Numbered from the stretch's first letter, positions 35,398 through 45,717 are shown. The stretch is DNA of 64,000 nt from Phycisphaerae bacterium (GCA_050115495.1 JASFQK010000021.1:49620-113619); one strand, 5' to 3'. The notes: generated by a model not told the origin, from the sequence alone. Numbers and translations: made by a program.

Positions 35398-38238
35398 ATG
35401 AAGAATGTGATTGTCGTCGCTCTCACCGGCATGGTCGTGTGCATCGCCGCTGCCGCTGACGAGCCCGTGCGACCGTGGTTCACCGAGGCGAACATCGCCG
35501 GCAGCCTGCAACTGCCGAAACCCGCCGACGCACCGGCGGCGGTGCCGGGCACGGCCGGCGAAGGCATCGGCCTCGATCAGCCGATGGGCATCGAAAACCC
35601 CCTCCTGAGTCGCGACAGCGGCTACATCGCCTTCTGGATTCAGCCGGAGTGGCGTGGCGATGACCGGCAGGCGCATCAGCTCGTGCGCATCGGCGATCCA
35701 CAGCGTAACGGCCTGCTGATCGAGAAGGCGGCGACGGGCATGCTGCGCTTCGTCATGGCTTCGCCGGAAGGTGTAACCGTGGCCCGGACCGACGTGTCGT
35801 CCTGGCGGCCGGGGGAATGGCACCACGTCGTCGTGTCGTGGTTTTCGCGGGACGGCGTGCCGGTGGGCCTGCCGCTGTGGATCGACCGTGTGGCCGTCGC
35901 CGGCCCGATCGCGGGCTACAACACGTTTCTCGATCCGGCGACGATGACCGACCGGCGAGTGTGGACCGGCGACGCGTCCGCCGACGCGACGATGGACGAG
36001 CTCATCTTCCGGCAGAAGCTCGACGTGGAGGGACCGTACGGGCAGTTGGCCATCGTGTATCGCGATTACTTCCGCACGGCGCCGTACACGGCGATACAGA
36101 TCACGCCCGAGGCACTGCGCGTGCCGTCGGACCGTCGGGTCGTCGCCGGCCACGAGAAGCAGTTCGGGCTGCTGGCCCGCATCGGCGATACGTTCACGCC
36201 GGTGACGGACTATGCGTTTCGCTATGGGCAGTGGGCCGAATTCGACGCCAAACCGTTCATCACGTGGCACATGTCCGACGAGACGATCGCCACGATCGAC
36301 GAAGCCGGCATGGCAACCGGCCACGCCATCGGTCGCTGTCAACTGATCGCCGAGTTCCGCGGTTTGCGGGACACGTACGACGTCGAGGTCATCTCGCCCG
36401 AACAGCCGGACCTCGTGCTCCAGTGGGTCGAGCGTCTGCCGCGGTACAAGGTCGATGCCATCAAAAACATGCCCGCGGTCGGCGACGATGTGGAGTCGGT
36501 GGTGCACGTCGAGAACTATGGTTACCAGGACGTGCCGGCGGGCACCGTCGTGCGTTTCGAGCTGATCCCCGACGCGAACCGCAACTTCGTCCTCGACGCC
36601 GATGAACAGGCCGTGGTTCGCGAGGAGAAGACCGTCGCGGCCGCCCTGCCACCGCGGACGCCGCAGGAAATCCGCTTCGCCTGGACGTGGCCGGCCGAAC
36701 CGGTGTGGGTGCGTGTCACCCTCGATCCGGACAACGAGATCGCGGAGATCTGCGAGGCGAACAACCAGCGCTGTGAGCTGAACATCGCCCGGCCGATGAA
36801 GTGGGGCTACGAAGGCAGCCGGCTCGAAGAGTGGTACAACGAGCGGAAGATCAACCACGTCGGCTCGTTCAGCCACTTCGACTGGATCAACGCCCAGTGC
36901 GACCGCTTCAACGTGCTCCTGCGCGAGTCGGTCGAACCGACGACGACGCCGTGGGGCATCGAAGACGCCCTGCGCTCGGACCAGTTCTTCGCCGCCATCG
37001 AGGGCGCCGAGTGGCACGAGCAGCCGTGGGAAAAGGCGAACGAGTGGTTTGACGGCGGCTTTCCCGTCGGCGAGACGGTCAACCCCATGGCCATCGACGC
37101 CGCCGTCCTGCACGAGTATGGCCACACGTGCGTCGCTCTGCCCGATCTGTACGGCTACCCGGTGCGCGCCGCCAACGTCTTCTTGAAGGACGAGCAGGGC
37201 CGCGACTACGCCGGTTCGCCACTGCTGCCGGTGGTGAACAAGCACGGGCTGCTGCCGATGCCGTCGGCGGTGAAGGTACCGTGCAACGTCGGTTACTCGC
37301 CGCTGATGGACGGCGTGCACCTGTGGCTCCACCCCGCGCACGCCGGCCAGATCCAGTATTTCCGCGGCTTTCGCGGCGAGCGCTTCTGGGGCGTGCAGGG
37401 CCGGCTGATCCCGCTGCGCGAGAACATCATCCAGGTCTTCGACGTCGACGACCAGCCGCTGCCGGGGGCGGCCGTGTACGTCTACCACGTGGCGCAGACC
37501 AGATCGGCCGATGCGGTCGACAAGTACTTCGTCGATCGACCCAAGTTCATGGGACACACCGACGAGGCCGGGGCCTTCCGCATCCCCATGCAGACGGACG
37601 AGGACTGGGACGACCCGGACACGGATGAGGTCGAGGGCGCCTTCCCGGTGTGGAGCCCGTTCGGCGGCGCGCCGCGCGACGCGGGCTATCCGTTCTACGA
37701 CTCGGCGTTCACGCCGAATGTGTGGCGGGTTGAGGGGCTGCTCCTGGTGAAGGTCGTCAGCGGAACGCAGACCGAGTTCTCGTGGCTGTGCCTGACCGAG
37801 TTCAACGAGGCGTACTTCAGCGGCGACCGGTCGCGCGGCGTGTACCCGATCCGCACGAACATGCAGCCCACGCCCGGAGAGACGCCGCTCGTGCGGCACG
37901 AGGTGCCGGCGGCCATCCGCGAGAAGAACCTGCTGCCGGTGGCCGTCGCTGATGAGCGCGTGAAGGTTGCCCCCGGCGAGGCGTTCCGGCTGGACGGCTC
38001 GCGCAGCAGCGATCCCGAGCAGCAACCGCTGATCTACCGCTGGTGCGCCCGCTCGTGGAACATCGAGCCGCGCTCGGGCGACCAGGCCGTTCTCGAAGGC
38101 CGGGCGCCGGAGAAGCCCGGCGAGTATGAGTACTGCTTCTACGTGATTGACGGCTTGCGGGCGAGCGAGGCGGTGACGGTCATCGTCGAGGTCGCCGGCG
38201 AGGATGAGACGTCCGCCCCGGGCGACGCCGTGGAGTGA
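35398..38238 (+). CDS. Secreted multidomain protein: LamG-like + Ig-like + CARDB + HExxH zinc metallopeptidase + PKD-like
   Basis: Signal peptide; WRPGEWHHVVVSW; LDPDNEIAEICEANN; LHEYGHTCVALPDLY; LDGSRSSDPE. Confidence 0.82.
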   Translation: MKNVIVVALTGMVVCIAAAADEPVRPWFTEANIAGSLQLPKPADAPAAVPGTAGEGIGLDQPMGIENPLLSRDSGYIAFWIQPEWRGDDRQAHQLVRIGDPQRNGLLIEKAATGMLRFVMASPEGVTVARTDVSSWRPGEWHHVVVSWFSRDGVPVGLPLWIDRVAVAGPIAGYNTFLDPATMTDRRVWTGDASADATMDELIFRQKLDVEGPYGQLAIVYRDYFRTAPYTAIQITPEALRVPSDRRVVAGHEKQFGLLARIGDTFTPVTDYAFRYGQWAEFDAKPFITWHMSDETIATIDEAGMATGHAIGRCQLIAEFRGLRDTYDVEVISPEQPDLVLQWVERLPRYKVDAIKNMPAVGDDVESVVHVENYGYQDVPAGTVVRFELIPDANRNFVLDADEQAVVREEKTVAAALPPRTPQEIRFAWTWPAEPVWVRVTLDPDNEIAEICEANNQRCELNIARPMKWGYEGSRLEEWYNERKINHVGSFSHFDWINAQCDRFNVLLRESVEPTTTPWGIEDALRSDQFFAAIEGAEWHEQPWEKANEWFDGGFPVGETVNPMAIDAAVLHEYGHTCVALPDLYGYPVRAANVFLKDEQGRDYAGSPLLPVVNKHGLLPMPSAVKVPCNVGYSPLMDGVHLWLHPAHAGQIQYFRGFRGERFWGVQGRLIPLRENIIQVFDVDDQPLPGAAVYVYHVAQTRSADAVDKYFVDRPKFMGHTDEAGAFRIPMQTDEDWDDPDTDEVEGAFPVWSPFGGAPRDAGYPFYDSAFTPNVWRVEGLLLVKVVSGTQTEFSWLCLTEFNEAYFSGDRSRGVYPIRTNMQPTPGETPLVRHEVPAAIREKNLLPVAVADERVKVAPGEAFRLDGSRSSDPEQQPLIYRWCARSWNIEPRSGDQAVLEGRAPEKPGEYEYCFYVIDGLRASEAVTVIVEVAGEDETSAPGDAVE

Positions 38239-38277
38239 CCATACACCAACCCCGCCAGCGTAACCAGGAGGATGAAT

Positions 38278-40278
38278 ATGCACGCTGTGTATTCGGTCCG
38301 CCGCCGGGCTTTCGTAATCGTGTTGACCGTGGTGCTCCTCGGCCACGTTGGATTCGCCGCGGCCCAGACGGCCACGTCGCAGCCGGCGGTCCCCATGCGT
38401 ACCGAACCCGCCAATGCCCTGCTCGAACGGCTGCTGCAACTGCCCGGGCAGTTCATGGTGCTCCAGAGCTCCAGCCACAACAAGACCGGCAACAACGGCG
38501 ATGAGAACTGGCCGCTCTACAAGGATGAGCATGGCGACGACGTGATCTTTGACGCCGCCGGTCCCGGTTGCGTGCGCAGCATCTGGGGCACGCACTTCAC
38601 CGATGACGCCGTGTTGAAGTTCTACTTCGACGGCGAAAGCGAGCCGCGCTATCGCGTGCGGGAGATCGACTTCTTCTCCGGGACGCATCCCGACTTCCCG
38701 CCGCCGCTGCTGTCGTATGAGCGGCGTGGGCACTACGACGTCGGCCTGGCCGGCAACAGCTTCCTGCCGATCCCGTACGCCAAGTCGCTCAGGATCTCGA
38801 TCGAGGGCGAATCGCGGTTCTTCCACGTGCTGTACGAGACCTATCCGCACGGCACGCCGGTGGAGACGTTCACCGGCCGCGAGCAGCACCCGGCCTTGCT
38901 GGACAGCTTCGCGCGCCTGGGCGAGCCGCCCGTGGCCGACGACGGTCTGGAGGTGGTGGAAGTGGTCAGCGAGGAGAACCATCCCGGCCACACCGTCACG
39001 CTGCTGAAACGCGAGGACGCCGCCGGGATCATCCGCCGGATTGAGTTCGAGGCCGACGGCTCGCCGGAGTTCTTCCGCGAGAGTCAGATTCGCGTGCGGT
39101 GGGACGGGCACGTGTACAACGACGTGCAGACGCCGATCGGCTTTCTGTTCGCCTGCCCGAACCAGGCGAGCGACGTGCGGACGTTGCCTGTGCGAGTGGA
39201 GCCGCTGCCGGACGGGAGGGCGCGATTGACGTGCAACTTCCCGATGCCCTTCTGGCAGCAGGCGGAAATCGTCTGGCAGAACAAGTCCAGCTATCGCCTG
39301 GGCCCGCTGACCGCCCGCATCTACATCGGCCCGAACGAGCTCGATCCGGCCCGCGGCACGTACTTCACCACGCTCTACCGTGCCGGCGAAACGACGTACG
39401 GACGGGACTGGCTGCTGTACGAGAGCCCGGGCACCGGCTGGTTCGTCGGTGTCGTGCAGAGCATGCAGAACGGCCACTACTGCGAGGGCGATGAGCACTT
39501 CTACATCGACGGCGCCATCTCGCCGCAGATCAACGGCACCGGCAGCGAAGACTACTTCCTCTCCTGCTTCTGGCCGAACCTGCTCTGGTGCAGCCCGTTC
39601 GCCTGCTGTGCCGACGATATCTACATACAGGGCGGCGGCCACATCTTCGGGGCGTATCGCATCCCCTCGGCGTACGCCCGGTTCCATCTCGAAGCCCCGA
39701 TCCCGTTCCAGGCCGGCATCGACGCCCGCATTCAGCACGGCGGCCTAAGCCAGCTTCGCTCGGATTACCGCAGCCTGGCGTTCTGCTATCTGCGGCGGCG
39801 GCCGGCCATGCAGCAGACCGATTTCCTCGACGTGTCGAATACGGCGAGCGAGCGTGCGCACCAGTATGAGTGCACACCGCCGGCAACGGTTGTGGATCTG
39901 GAGGCCCGCCCGGAAGGCGCGTACTTCCATACGTCGCTCGCCGGCCGCGGCCGCCGGCACGAGGCGGGGGCGTCGATCTGCTTCACCGTCGCAGTGTCGC
40001 CGGACAACAACGGCGTTCGCCTCCGCCGGCGGCTGGACCAGGGCAGCCCTTGCCAGGCGGCGGATGTCTACGTCGACGGCCGGCTCGCCGGCACGTGGTA
40101 CCACGGCTATCACAACGAGCATCTGCGCTGGTACGACGCCGACTTCGATCTACCCGTCGAGCTCACGCGTGACCGTCAGTCGCTCGCCATCCGGCTGGTC
40201 ACGCGTAATGAGGCCGGCGGCGGCGAGTTCACCGATTTCTGCTACTGGGTCTATTGCTTCGAGCCGGTTGCCCGGTAG
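38278..40278 (+). CDS. DUF2961 / GH172-family glycoside hydrolase
   Basis: AGGAGG RBS; GPGCVRSIWGT, NSFLPIPY, EGDEHFYIDG...INGTGSEDYF. Confidence 0.85.
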   Translation: MHAVYSVRRRAFVIVLTVVLLGHVGFAAAQTATSQPAVPMRTEPANALLERLLQLPGQFMVLQSSSHNKTGNNGDENWPLYKDEHGDDVIFDAAGPGCVRSIWGTHFTDDAVLKFYFDGESEPRYRVREIDFFSGTHPDFPPPLLSYERRGHYDVGLAGNSFLPIPYAKSLRISIEGESRFFHVLYETYPHGTPVETFTGREQHPALLDSFARLGEPPVADDGLEVVEVVSEENHPGHTVTLLKREDAAGIIRRIEFEADGSPEFFRESQIRVRWDGHVYNDVQTPIGFLFACPNQASDVRTLPVRVEPLPDGRARLTCNFPMPFWQQAEIVWQNKSSYRLGPLTARIYIGPNELDPARGTYFTTLYRAGETTYGRDWLLYESPGTGWFVGVVQSMQNGHYCEGDEHFYIDGAISPQINGTGSEDYFLSCFWPNLLWCSPFACCADDIYIQGGGHIFGAYRIPSAYARFHLEAPIPFQAGIDARIQHGGLSQLRSDYRSLAFCYLRRRPAMQQTDFLDVSNTASERAHQYECTPPATVVDLEARPEGAYFHTSLAGRGRRHEAGASICFTVAVSPDNNGVRLRRRLDQGSPCQAADVYVDGRLAGTWYHGYHNEHLRWYDADFDLPVELTRDRQSLAIRLVTRNEAGGGEFTDFCYWVYCFEPVAR

Positions 40279-42218
40279 ACGCGAACCGTATAGCGGTTCT
40301 CGGGCTCGGTGTACTCGAACTCGAGATGGTAGCCCGAGTCGGGCGCGGCCAGAGTCGTATCCTCGGTCGAGCCGCCGTACGTAAGGACACACGCCACGTT
40401 GTCAGCCCGCAAGCCTGCCAGCCATTCGGCAGCGTTTTCGGCGCCGTAGGTCAATTCACTCAACGGGTAGTGAGGGTACGGCCACGGCCGCGCCGGCCGG
40501 AACTCGACCCGGTATGAGTAATGGCGGTCGTACAACAATCCGTGGAAATCGTAGATCGCCGAGATGAGCGTCCCGCCTGGCGGCATGAGGGCATACAACC
40601 GCCGCCGCGACGGCCCGTCGAGCCCGACGCCGTGTATGGCGTAATCCTCCACCGAACGCCGCGTGCGCTCCGACGAATCCGCCGAATCCGCCAGCGAGAG
40701 CTGCCAGCGACTTTGATTCCGCATGGGCCGGAGGCAGTGATACTGACCACAGGCAGTCAACCCGACCAGGGCCCATGGCAGCGCCTTGCGCATGGCCCCC
40801 GGCGACAGCTCCGCCAGTAGGCGTCCCAGGCTCAGTACGGCGGGGAGCAGGATCAGCAGCGCGTAGCGTGGGTGATTGAAACTGGGCAGCGCCAGCACGC
40901 TCCAGGACAAAACGGCCAGGTACGCCCAGTGCAGGTCAAACCGATACACCAGCGTCACCGGCAGGACGAGCGCAGCGAGAATCAGCGCCATGGCGAAGAC
41001 CATGCCGAACCCGCCGGGCGAGTCCGTCGTCAGCGGCTCACCCCAGTCCAGCCAGTTCGTCACGTTGCGCTCGGCCACAGAGCGATCTGTCATCTTCTCC
41101 AGTGCGGGGGCCTTCATCGGACCCTTGAAGACTGTGTGGCCGCCCAGCTTCAGCTCCATCGGATACGTCGGCGAACCCCACGTCAGGTACGTGCGCACGT
41201 AGGGCACGCTGGCCAGGGCCAGGGCCACCGTCGCCACCAGGCACCACTGGAATGCACCGGGCCGCGAACGCGGCGCCCCGGGCACGGACCGCCGCCACCA
41301 ACCGACCACCGCCCGCACGAACACGTACGCAAACGTCAGACAGACGGCGACGATGGGCAGGAACTTCATCCACAGGGTTAACGCCGCGCCGGCGGCGCAC
41401 GGCACCGCGCTCGCCCAGCTCCAACCGCGGTCGCGTTCGGGCAGGGCAAAGGCGACCATCGCCGCCGACGTGCCAGCCACCGACAGGTCAATGTAGCCGA
41501 TCGCGGCCAACAGCATGGCAACGGGGGCCGTGGGAACCAGTCCGGCGCACATGGCCGCCAGGCCGGCGTCAAGCTGCATCCGCCGACCCGCCACGTACGC
41601 GGCCAGAATGAACACGAAACCGAGGGTCGCGTTCACCGGGTGAAAGCCCGCGTCGGTATGCGTGAGCTGCAGCGTCCAGTACCAGAGCAGCTCCACGCCG
41701 CGGGGGTACGAATCGGCCCAGACGGCGTCACTCTGCACCGGCCCGAGAAACCCATCCTGGTACGGCTGAACCGCCTGGGGCACGTGGTAACCAAGTTCAT
41801 CCCAGGCGCACGGCGAAGCCCAGAATCCGACGATCGCCGCCGCCGTGAAGCCGGCGACACCCAATACGAGGACGACAAGCGGCCCGAGCCACGCCGACCG
41901 GATCACCCGGCCCAGTCCGCAGGCCAGATCGCGACAGAACGCGAAGAAATCGCGCCACCAAACGACCATCAGCGTCAATCCGCCCAGCGAAAGCAGCCCC
42001 TGCACGATCCCGAGCGCGTCCAGTGGCCGTCCCGCCGGCAGCGAGCCGAGCGCCACGACCTCGACAATCAGCAGGACGGGAGTGAGCGTCAGCCCCGCCA
42101 GCAGCGCCTCGCTCGCCGGCATGCCCGGCCGTTTCCGCCGAAGGAACGTCGCGCAGGCGACCGTCATGGGCAGCAACAGCCCGACCAACCCCGCCAGCTT
42201 CAGTGCGATCAGCCCCAT
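40251..42218 (-). CDS. Polytopic membrane protein, probable GT-C glycosyltransferase
   Basis: Many TM segments; WDELGYH...YP..VEL loop, YID and PRY motifs; start uncertain. Confidence 0.7.
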   Translation of the reverse strand: MGLIALKLAGLVGLLLPMTVACATFLRRKRPGMPASEALLAGLTLTPVLLIVEVVALGSLPAGRPLDALGIVQGLLSLGGLTLMVVWWRDFFAFCRDLACGLGRVIRSAWLGPLVVLVLGVAGFTAAAIVGFWASPCAWDELGYHVPQAVQPYQDGFLGPVQSDAVWADSYPRGVELLWYWTLQLTHTDAGFHPVNATLGFVFILAAYVAGRRMQLDAGLAAMCAGLVPTAPVAMLLAAIGYIDLSVAGTSAAMVAFALPERDRGWSWASAVPCAAGAALTLWMKFLPIVAVCLTFAYVFVRAVVGWWRRSVPGAPRSRPGAFQWCLVATVALALASVPYVRTYLTWGSPTYPMELKLGGHTVFKGPMKAPALEKMTDRSVAERNVTNWLDWGEPLTTDSPGGFGMVFAMALILAALVLPVTLVYRFDLHWAYLAVLSWSVLALPSFNHPRYALLILLPAVLSLGRLLAELSPGAMRKALPWALVGLTACGQYHCLRPMRNQSRWQLSLADSADSSERTRRSVEDYAIHGVGLDGPSRRRLYALMPPGGTLISAIYDFHGLLYDRHYSYRVEFRPARPWPYPHYPLSELTYGAENAAEWLAGLRADNVACVLTYGGSTEDTTLAAPDSGYHLEFEYTEPENRYTVRVYRATGSKQ

Positions 42219-42626
42219 CAGCCCTGTACCCCGGAGCCTGTGAAGCCGGGCACGCGCTCGCGTGTCTCCCTCTGCCGTGCTCCACGTCGCCGGCCGCCAA
42301 TTGCCGGTCGGGCGCAGAGCGTACGCGCGACACGCGGCGGCGTAAAGCGCCGCGGGCACGGAGCGGTTCCGCACACAACGTCCACCAACAGAGGGACGCA
42401 CCGGCGTGTCCAGACGACGCGGCGCCTCGGGATTGCCGGTGACTTTCGGGGACGATTTTTTCCCTCGAAACCGAGCACGACGGCAGGAAGTGGTGGCTTC
42501 CGGTAGAAATGAGCGTGACCGGGGCCTAGAAGCCTCGCGGGCGATCGGACCTCATCCCAATTCTCTGGACCGTGCCGCCCGATGCGGCACTCACATCTGC
42601 GCCTCACGCGCAACAGGAGAAAGAAG

Positions 42627-43727
42627 ATGGATTACACATGGAAGGTGCTTCTCGCGTCGCTTGTGGTCGTCGCGCTCTCGGCGGCCGTGCCCTTGTCAGC
42701 CGACATCATCGGCAGCGAGGGCGGCATCGTCGTGGCCAACCGGGCCAATGGATCGATCTCCATCATCGACGTGGCCACCAGCGGCGTGACCGACGTCGCG
42801 CTGCCCGCCGGCGACAACACCCCCGAACCGATGTATGTCGTGTTCTCCCCGGACAACAGCACGGTCTTCGTCGGCGACCGGGCCAACGACCGCGTGGTCG
42901 TCTTCGACGCCACGACGTTCGACGTGAACACGACGATCCCGACCGGCGCCGGCGTGTTCCACATGTGGGGCGAGCCGGGCACCGGGCACCTGTGGGTCAA
43001 CAACGACATCGACAAGACGGTGACCGACATCGACATGATCAGCTTCGGCGTCGTGAACACGTTCTCCACGCCGGTCGATCTGAACGACATGGGCGGCAAG
43101 CCGCACGACGTCATCCTCGACCCGAGCGGCCCCTACGCCTATGTCTCGATGCTCGGTCTGACCGGCGAGAACGACTACGTCCTCAAGTACGACACCAACA
43201 CCTACGCCGAACTGGATCGCCAGGCGGTCGGCAAGGATCCGCACCTCTCGCTGTCGGCGGCGCATACGAAGCTGTACGTGCCGACGCAGGGCGGGGACGA
43301 AGTGACCATCCTCGACCGGGCCACGCTCGATCCGCTCATGCCAATCGCGGTGCCCAATGCCCACGGCGCCGTGACCTCCGCCGACGGATCGATCTTCTAC
43401 ACGACCAACATTGCCGGTGGCGGAACCGACGCCGTGTACGCCATCGACACCGCCACGGACACGATCCTGGACATCATCGACACACCTTTTGGCGTGCCGC
43501 ACAACCTGGCCCTCTCGCCGGCGGGCGACCTGCTCTACGTCACGCACTCGGGCGGGACCAGCGACCAGGTCAGCATCATCGACGTATCCACGCCGAACGA
43601 TATGGATTACCTGACGTCGGTAACCGTCGGCTTCAACCCATTCGGCATCGGCACGGTGATCCCCGAGCCGTCGACGCTGCTGCTGTGCGCCGCCATCGCG
43701 GTGCCCCTGCTGCGCCGCCGATCATGA
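42627..43727 (+). CDS. YVTN/YncE-type beta-propeller PEP-CTERM protein
   Basis: AGGAG RBS; signal peptide; VANRANGSISIID, FYTTN, LYVTHS blades; IPEPS-TM-RRRS. Confidence 0.88.
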   Translation: MDYTWKVLLASLVVVALSAAVPLSADIIGSEGGIVVANRANGSISIIDVATSGVTDVALPAGDNTPEPMYVVFSPDNSTVFVGDRANDRVVVFDATTFDVNTTIPTGAGVFHMWGEPGTGHLWVNNDIDKTVTDIDMISFGVVNTFSTPVDLNDMGGKPHDVILDPSGPYAYVSMLGLTGENDYVLKYDTNTYAELDRQAVGKDPHLSLSAAHTKLYVPTQGGDEVTILDRATLDPLMPIAVPNAHGAVTSADGSIFYTTNIAGGGTDAVYAIDTATDTILDIIDTPFGVPHNLALSPAGDLLYVTHSGGTSDQVSIIDVSTPNDMDYLTSVTVGFNPFGIGTVIPEPSTLLLCAAIAVPLLRRRS

Positions 43728-43954
43728 CGTAACCGCGGCATGCCGGCTGACCCCGGCCCGCGCGGCGGCGGGCCGGGGCGGCATGCCGGCTGCGCCCCAC
43801 CACCGCGATTCTGCCCGCCACCGAGGGGGAACCCACGCTGTACAACATGTTGGGAACTGCGCGCGCCGCCGGTCGGGCTTCATTCTGGCGTGTCTCGCGG
43901 CTGCGTGCCGCCGGTGAGCATGGTGGCCGGCCGGGATCGGACGGGGACGTGTGC

Positions 43955-44614
43955 ATGGACAGCGACGATATATCGCCAACGGAGTCGGACCACCGCCTGG
44001 TGGTGCGCCGCTGGTGGTTACTCTTCGGGTGTGCCCTGCTCGTTTCGGTGCTGCCGCGCTGCGACGAACACACGAGCAATCTCACGTCGCCGAGCACGGG
44101 CGCGGGTCTCTCGCTGACTGTGCAGCGCATCGATCTAGGCCTGCCGCTGCTGGCCACGCGCTTCTATGTCTGCACTTGCTCCGCCCGCGACCCGCGCGGT
44201 GAGCGGCCCGCCACAGCCACCGAGGCTCGCGAAGTGACCCAGGTGGCGGCGGAGCAATTCGGCGCGGGCTACGGAATGTGCGGCATGGCCCACGAGATCT
44301 TCTCCGTGCGGGCAGACTGGGAGTTCTCGCTGGCGTTGCAGAGTGGGCCCACCGAGTGGTTCGTGAGCATGTCGTGGCCGCACTGGATCGGCAACGTGCT
44401 CGCCTGCCTCCTGGTGGGCACGGCGATCTGGGCCCTGTTCGGCGGTTGGCGGCATTGGCCCCCCGCCGAACGAGTCCTGGAAGAACTCTGCCCGCAGTGC
44501 GGCTACGACCTGCGTGGGGCCGTATCCGCCCGTTGCAGCGAATGCGGGACGCCGATTCGGCGGGCGGCGCGCGTTTCTCCGCCGAACGTACCGGAGGCAC
44601 GGGTGAGGCAGTAA
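43955..44614 (+). CDS. Membrane protein with C-terminal Zn-ribbon
   Basis: Two TM segments; CPQCGYDLRGAVSARCSECG. Confidence 0.7.
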   Translation: MDSDDISPTESDHRLVVRRWWLLFGCALLVSVLPRCDEHTSNLTSPSTGAGLSLTVQRIDLGLPLLATRFYVCTCSARDPRGERPATATEAREVTQVAAEQFGAGYGMCGMAHEIFSVRADWEFSLALQSGPTEWFVSMSWPHWIGNVLACLLVGTAIWALFGGWRHWPPAERVLEELCPQCGYDLRGAVSARCSECGTPIRRAARVSPPNVPEARVRQ

Positions 44615-44677
44615 GATGCAAGGCATGCTTCGCGAATCGCGACGTCGATGCGTCGAGCATGCCACGCCCGGCGGCGT

Positions 44678-44767
44678 GTGTGGCATGCCCAAGCTCTAAG
44701 GCGCGGGCATGTTCTTCCCGGCGTGAGGAGAAGACATGCCGGCGCCAGAGGCTTCAGCATGCCGCAC
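44678..44767. repeat. Palindromic REP-like element, GTGGCATGCC family, copy 1
   Basis: GTGTGGCATGCCCAAG...GGCATGT...ACATGCC...CTTCAGCATGCCGCAC long imperfect hairpin. Confidence 0.8.
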
Positions 44768-44900
44768 TCCGGCTCAAGGCTCGCGGCCCGAAGCTGACGG
44801 CTGACGGCTATCCGACGACGTCCGGTACGGAGCCCGGACGCTGCAGGGACGTCGGCCGCGGGAGGCCGACGCTACGGGACCGCGTGTTTGGAGTTCGGCG

Positions 44901-45422
44901 ATGCGTTATGTCTCGCCTCACTGGTGGCCGGCCGCGCTGGCGGCGTATGCGTTGGCAGGCCTTGCGCTCGGCGCGGCGCACGCCGGCTGGCCCATCCACA
45001 CCGGCATCGGCGAGTCCGTCGTCTGGAATCTCTACGTGCTGCTGCCGGCCGCCAGCGTCACGATCTCTTTGCGGTATCCGCGTGGCTGGACCACGGTCGT
45101 CGGCACGCTCGGTGCGAGCATGGCTTGGTCGTGGGCCTACGCACACTTCTGCCCGCCGGGACCGTTTGTCGCGATGTTCTTGGTGTTCCTGGTTCCGGCC
45201 GGCTGGGTGCTGCAATGCATCTTCTGCGTGCTGGCGATGCTCATCATGGAGGACAGCCGCAAAGTCGGCCGTCCGCCGGAGCCACACCGCTGCCGCGGCT
45301 GCGGTTACCTGCTGATCGGCCTCACGGAGCCGCGCTGCCCCGAATGCGGACGGGTGTGTACCCTGCCGGCGGAGACCGTACTGAGCGATGAAGCGGTCGA
45401 TGCCGGCGACGGCGGGCGGTAG
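44901..45422 (+). CDS. Membrane protein with C-terminal Zn-ribbon
   Basis: About four TM segments; CRGCGYLLIGLTEPRCPECG. Confidence 0.75.
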   Translation: MRYVSPHWWPAALAAYALAGLALGAAHAGWPIHTGIGESVVWNLYVLLPAASVTISLRYPRGWTTVVGTLGASMAWSWAYAHFCPPGPFVAMFLVFLVPAGWVLQCIFCVLAMLIMEDSRKVGRPPEPHRCRGCGYLLIGLTEPRCPECGRVCTLPAETVLSDEAVDAGDGGR

Positions 45423-45442
45423 ATTGCGGAAGGGCAGCGAGG

Positions 45443-45470
45443 CACTGGTGGACAAGCCACCAGTGGCACC
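45443..45470. repeat. REP-like hairpin CACTGGTGG-ACAAG-CCACCAGTG-GCACC
   Basis: Perfect 9-bp stem with GCAC foot. Confidence 0.65.
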
Positions 45471-45634
45471 CGGCGCCGCGTGCGGAACACCAGCCATTGG
45501 CAGGTGCCACACTCCCATGCGGGCGAGGCGCCACAAGAAACCAGGTCGGTCCCGCGGCGAAGAGACACCAGCAGTCGCGGCCGCGTCGCAGGCCGAGAGA
45601 CGCTGCCTCCGGCTCAAGGCTCGTGGCTCGCTGG

Positions 45635-45717
45635 GTGGCATGCCGAAGCGCAGCGCCGGCATGTCTTTCCCGACACGAGAAGAAGACATGCCGGCGCCCA
45701 AGGCTTCGGCATGCCAC
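45635..45717. repeat. Palindromic REP-like element, GTGGCATGCC family, copy 2
   Basis: GTGGCATGCCGAAGC...GCGCCGGCATGTCTT...AAGACATGCCGGCGC...GCTTCGGCATGCCAC. Confidence 0.85.

Noticed and set aside
35287..39738. 1483-aa minus-strand ORF
   Set aside because: Antisense shadow of two well-supported plus-strand genes; no motifs; typical of high-GC codon bias
42420..42620. Riboswitch upstream of the YVTN PEP-CTERM gene
   Set aside because: No recognisable cobalamin, TPP or c-di-GMP consensus by eye; an Rfam scan would settle it
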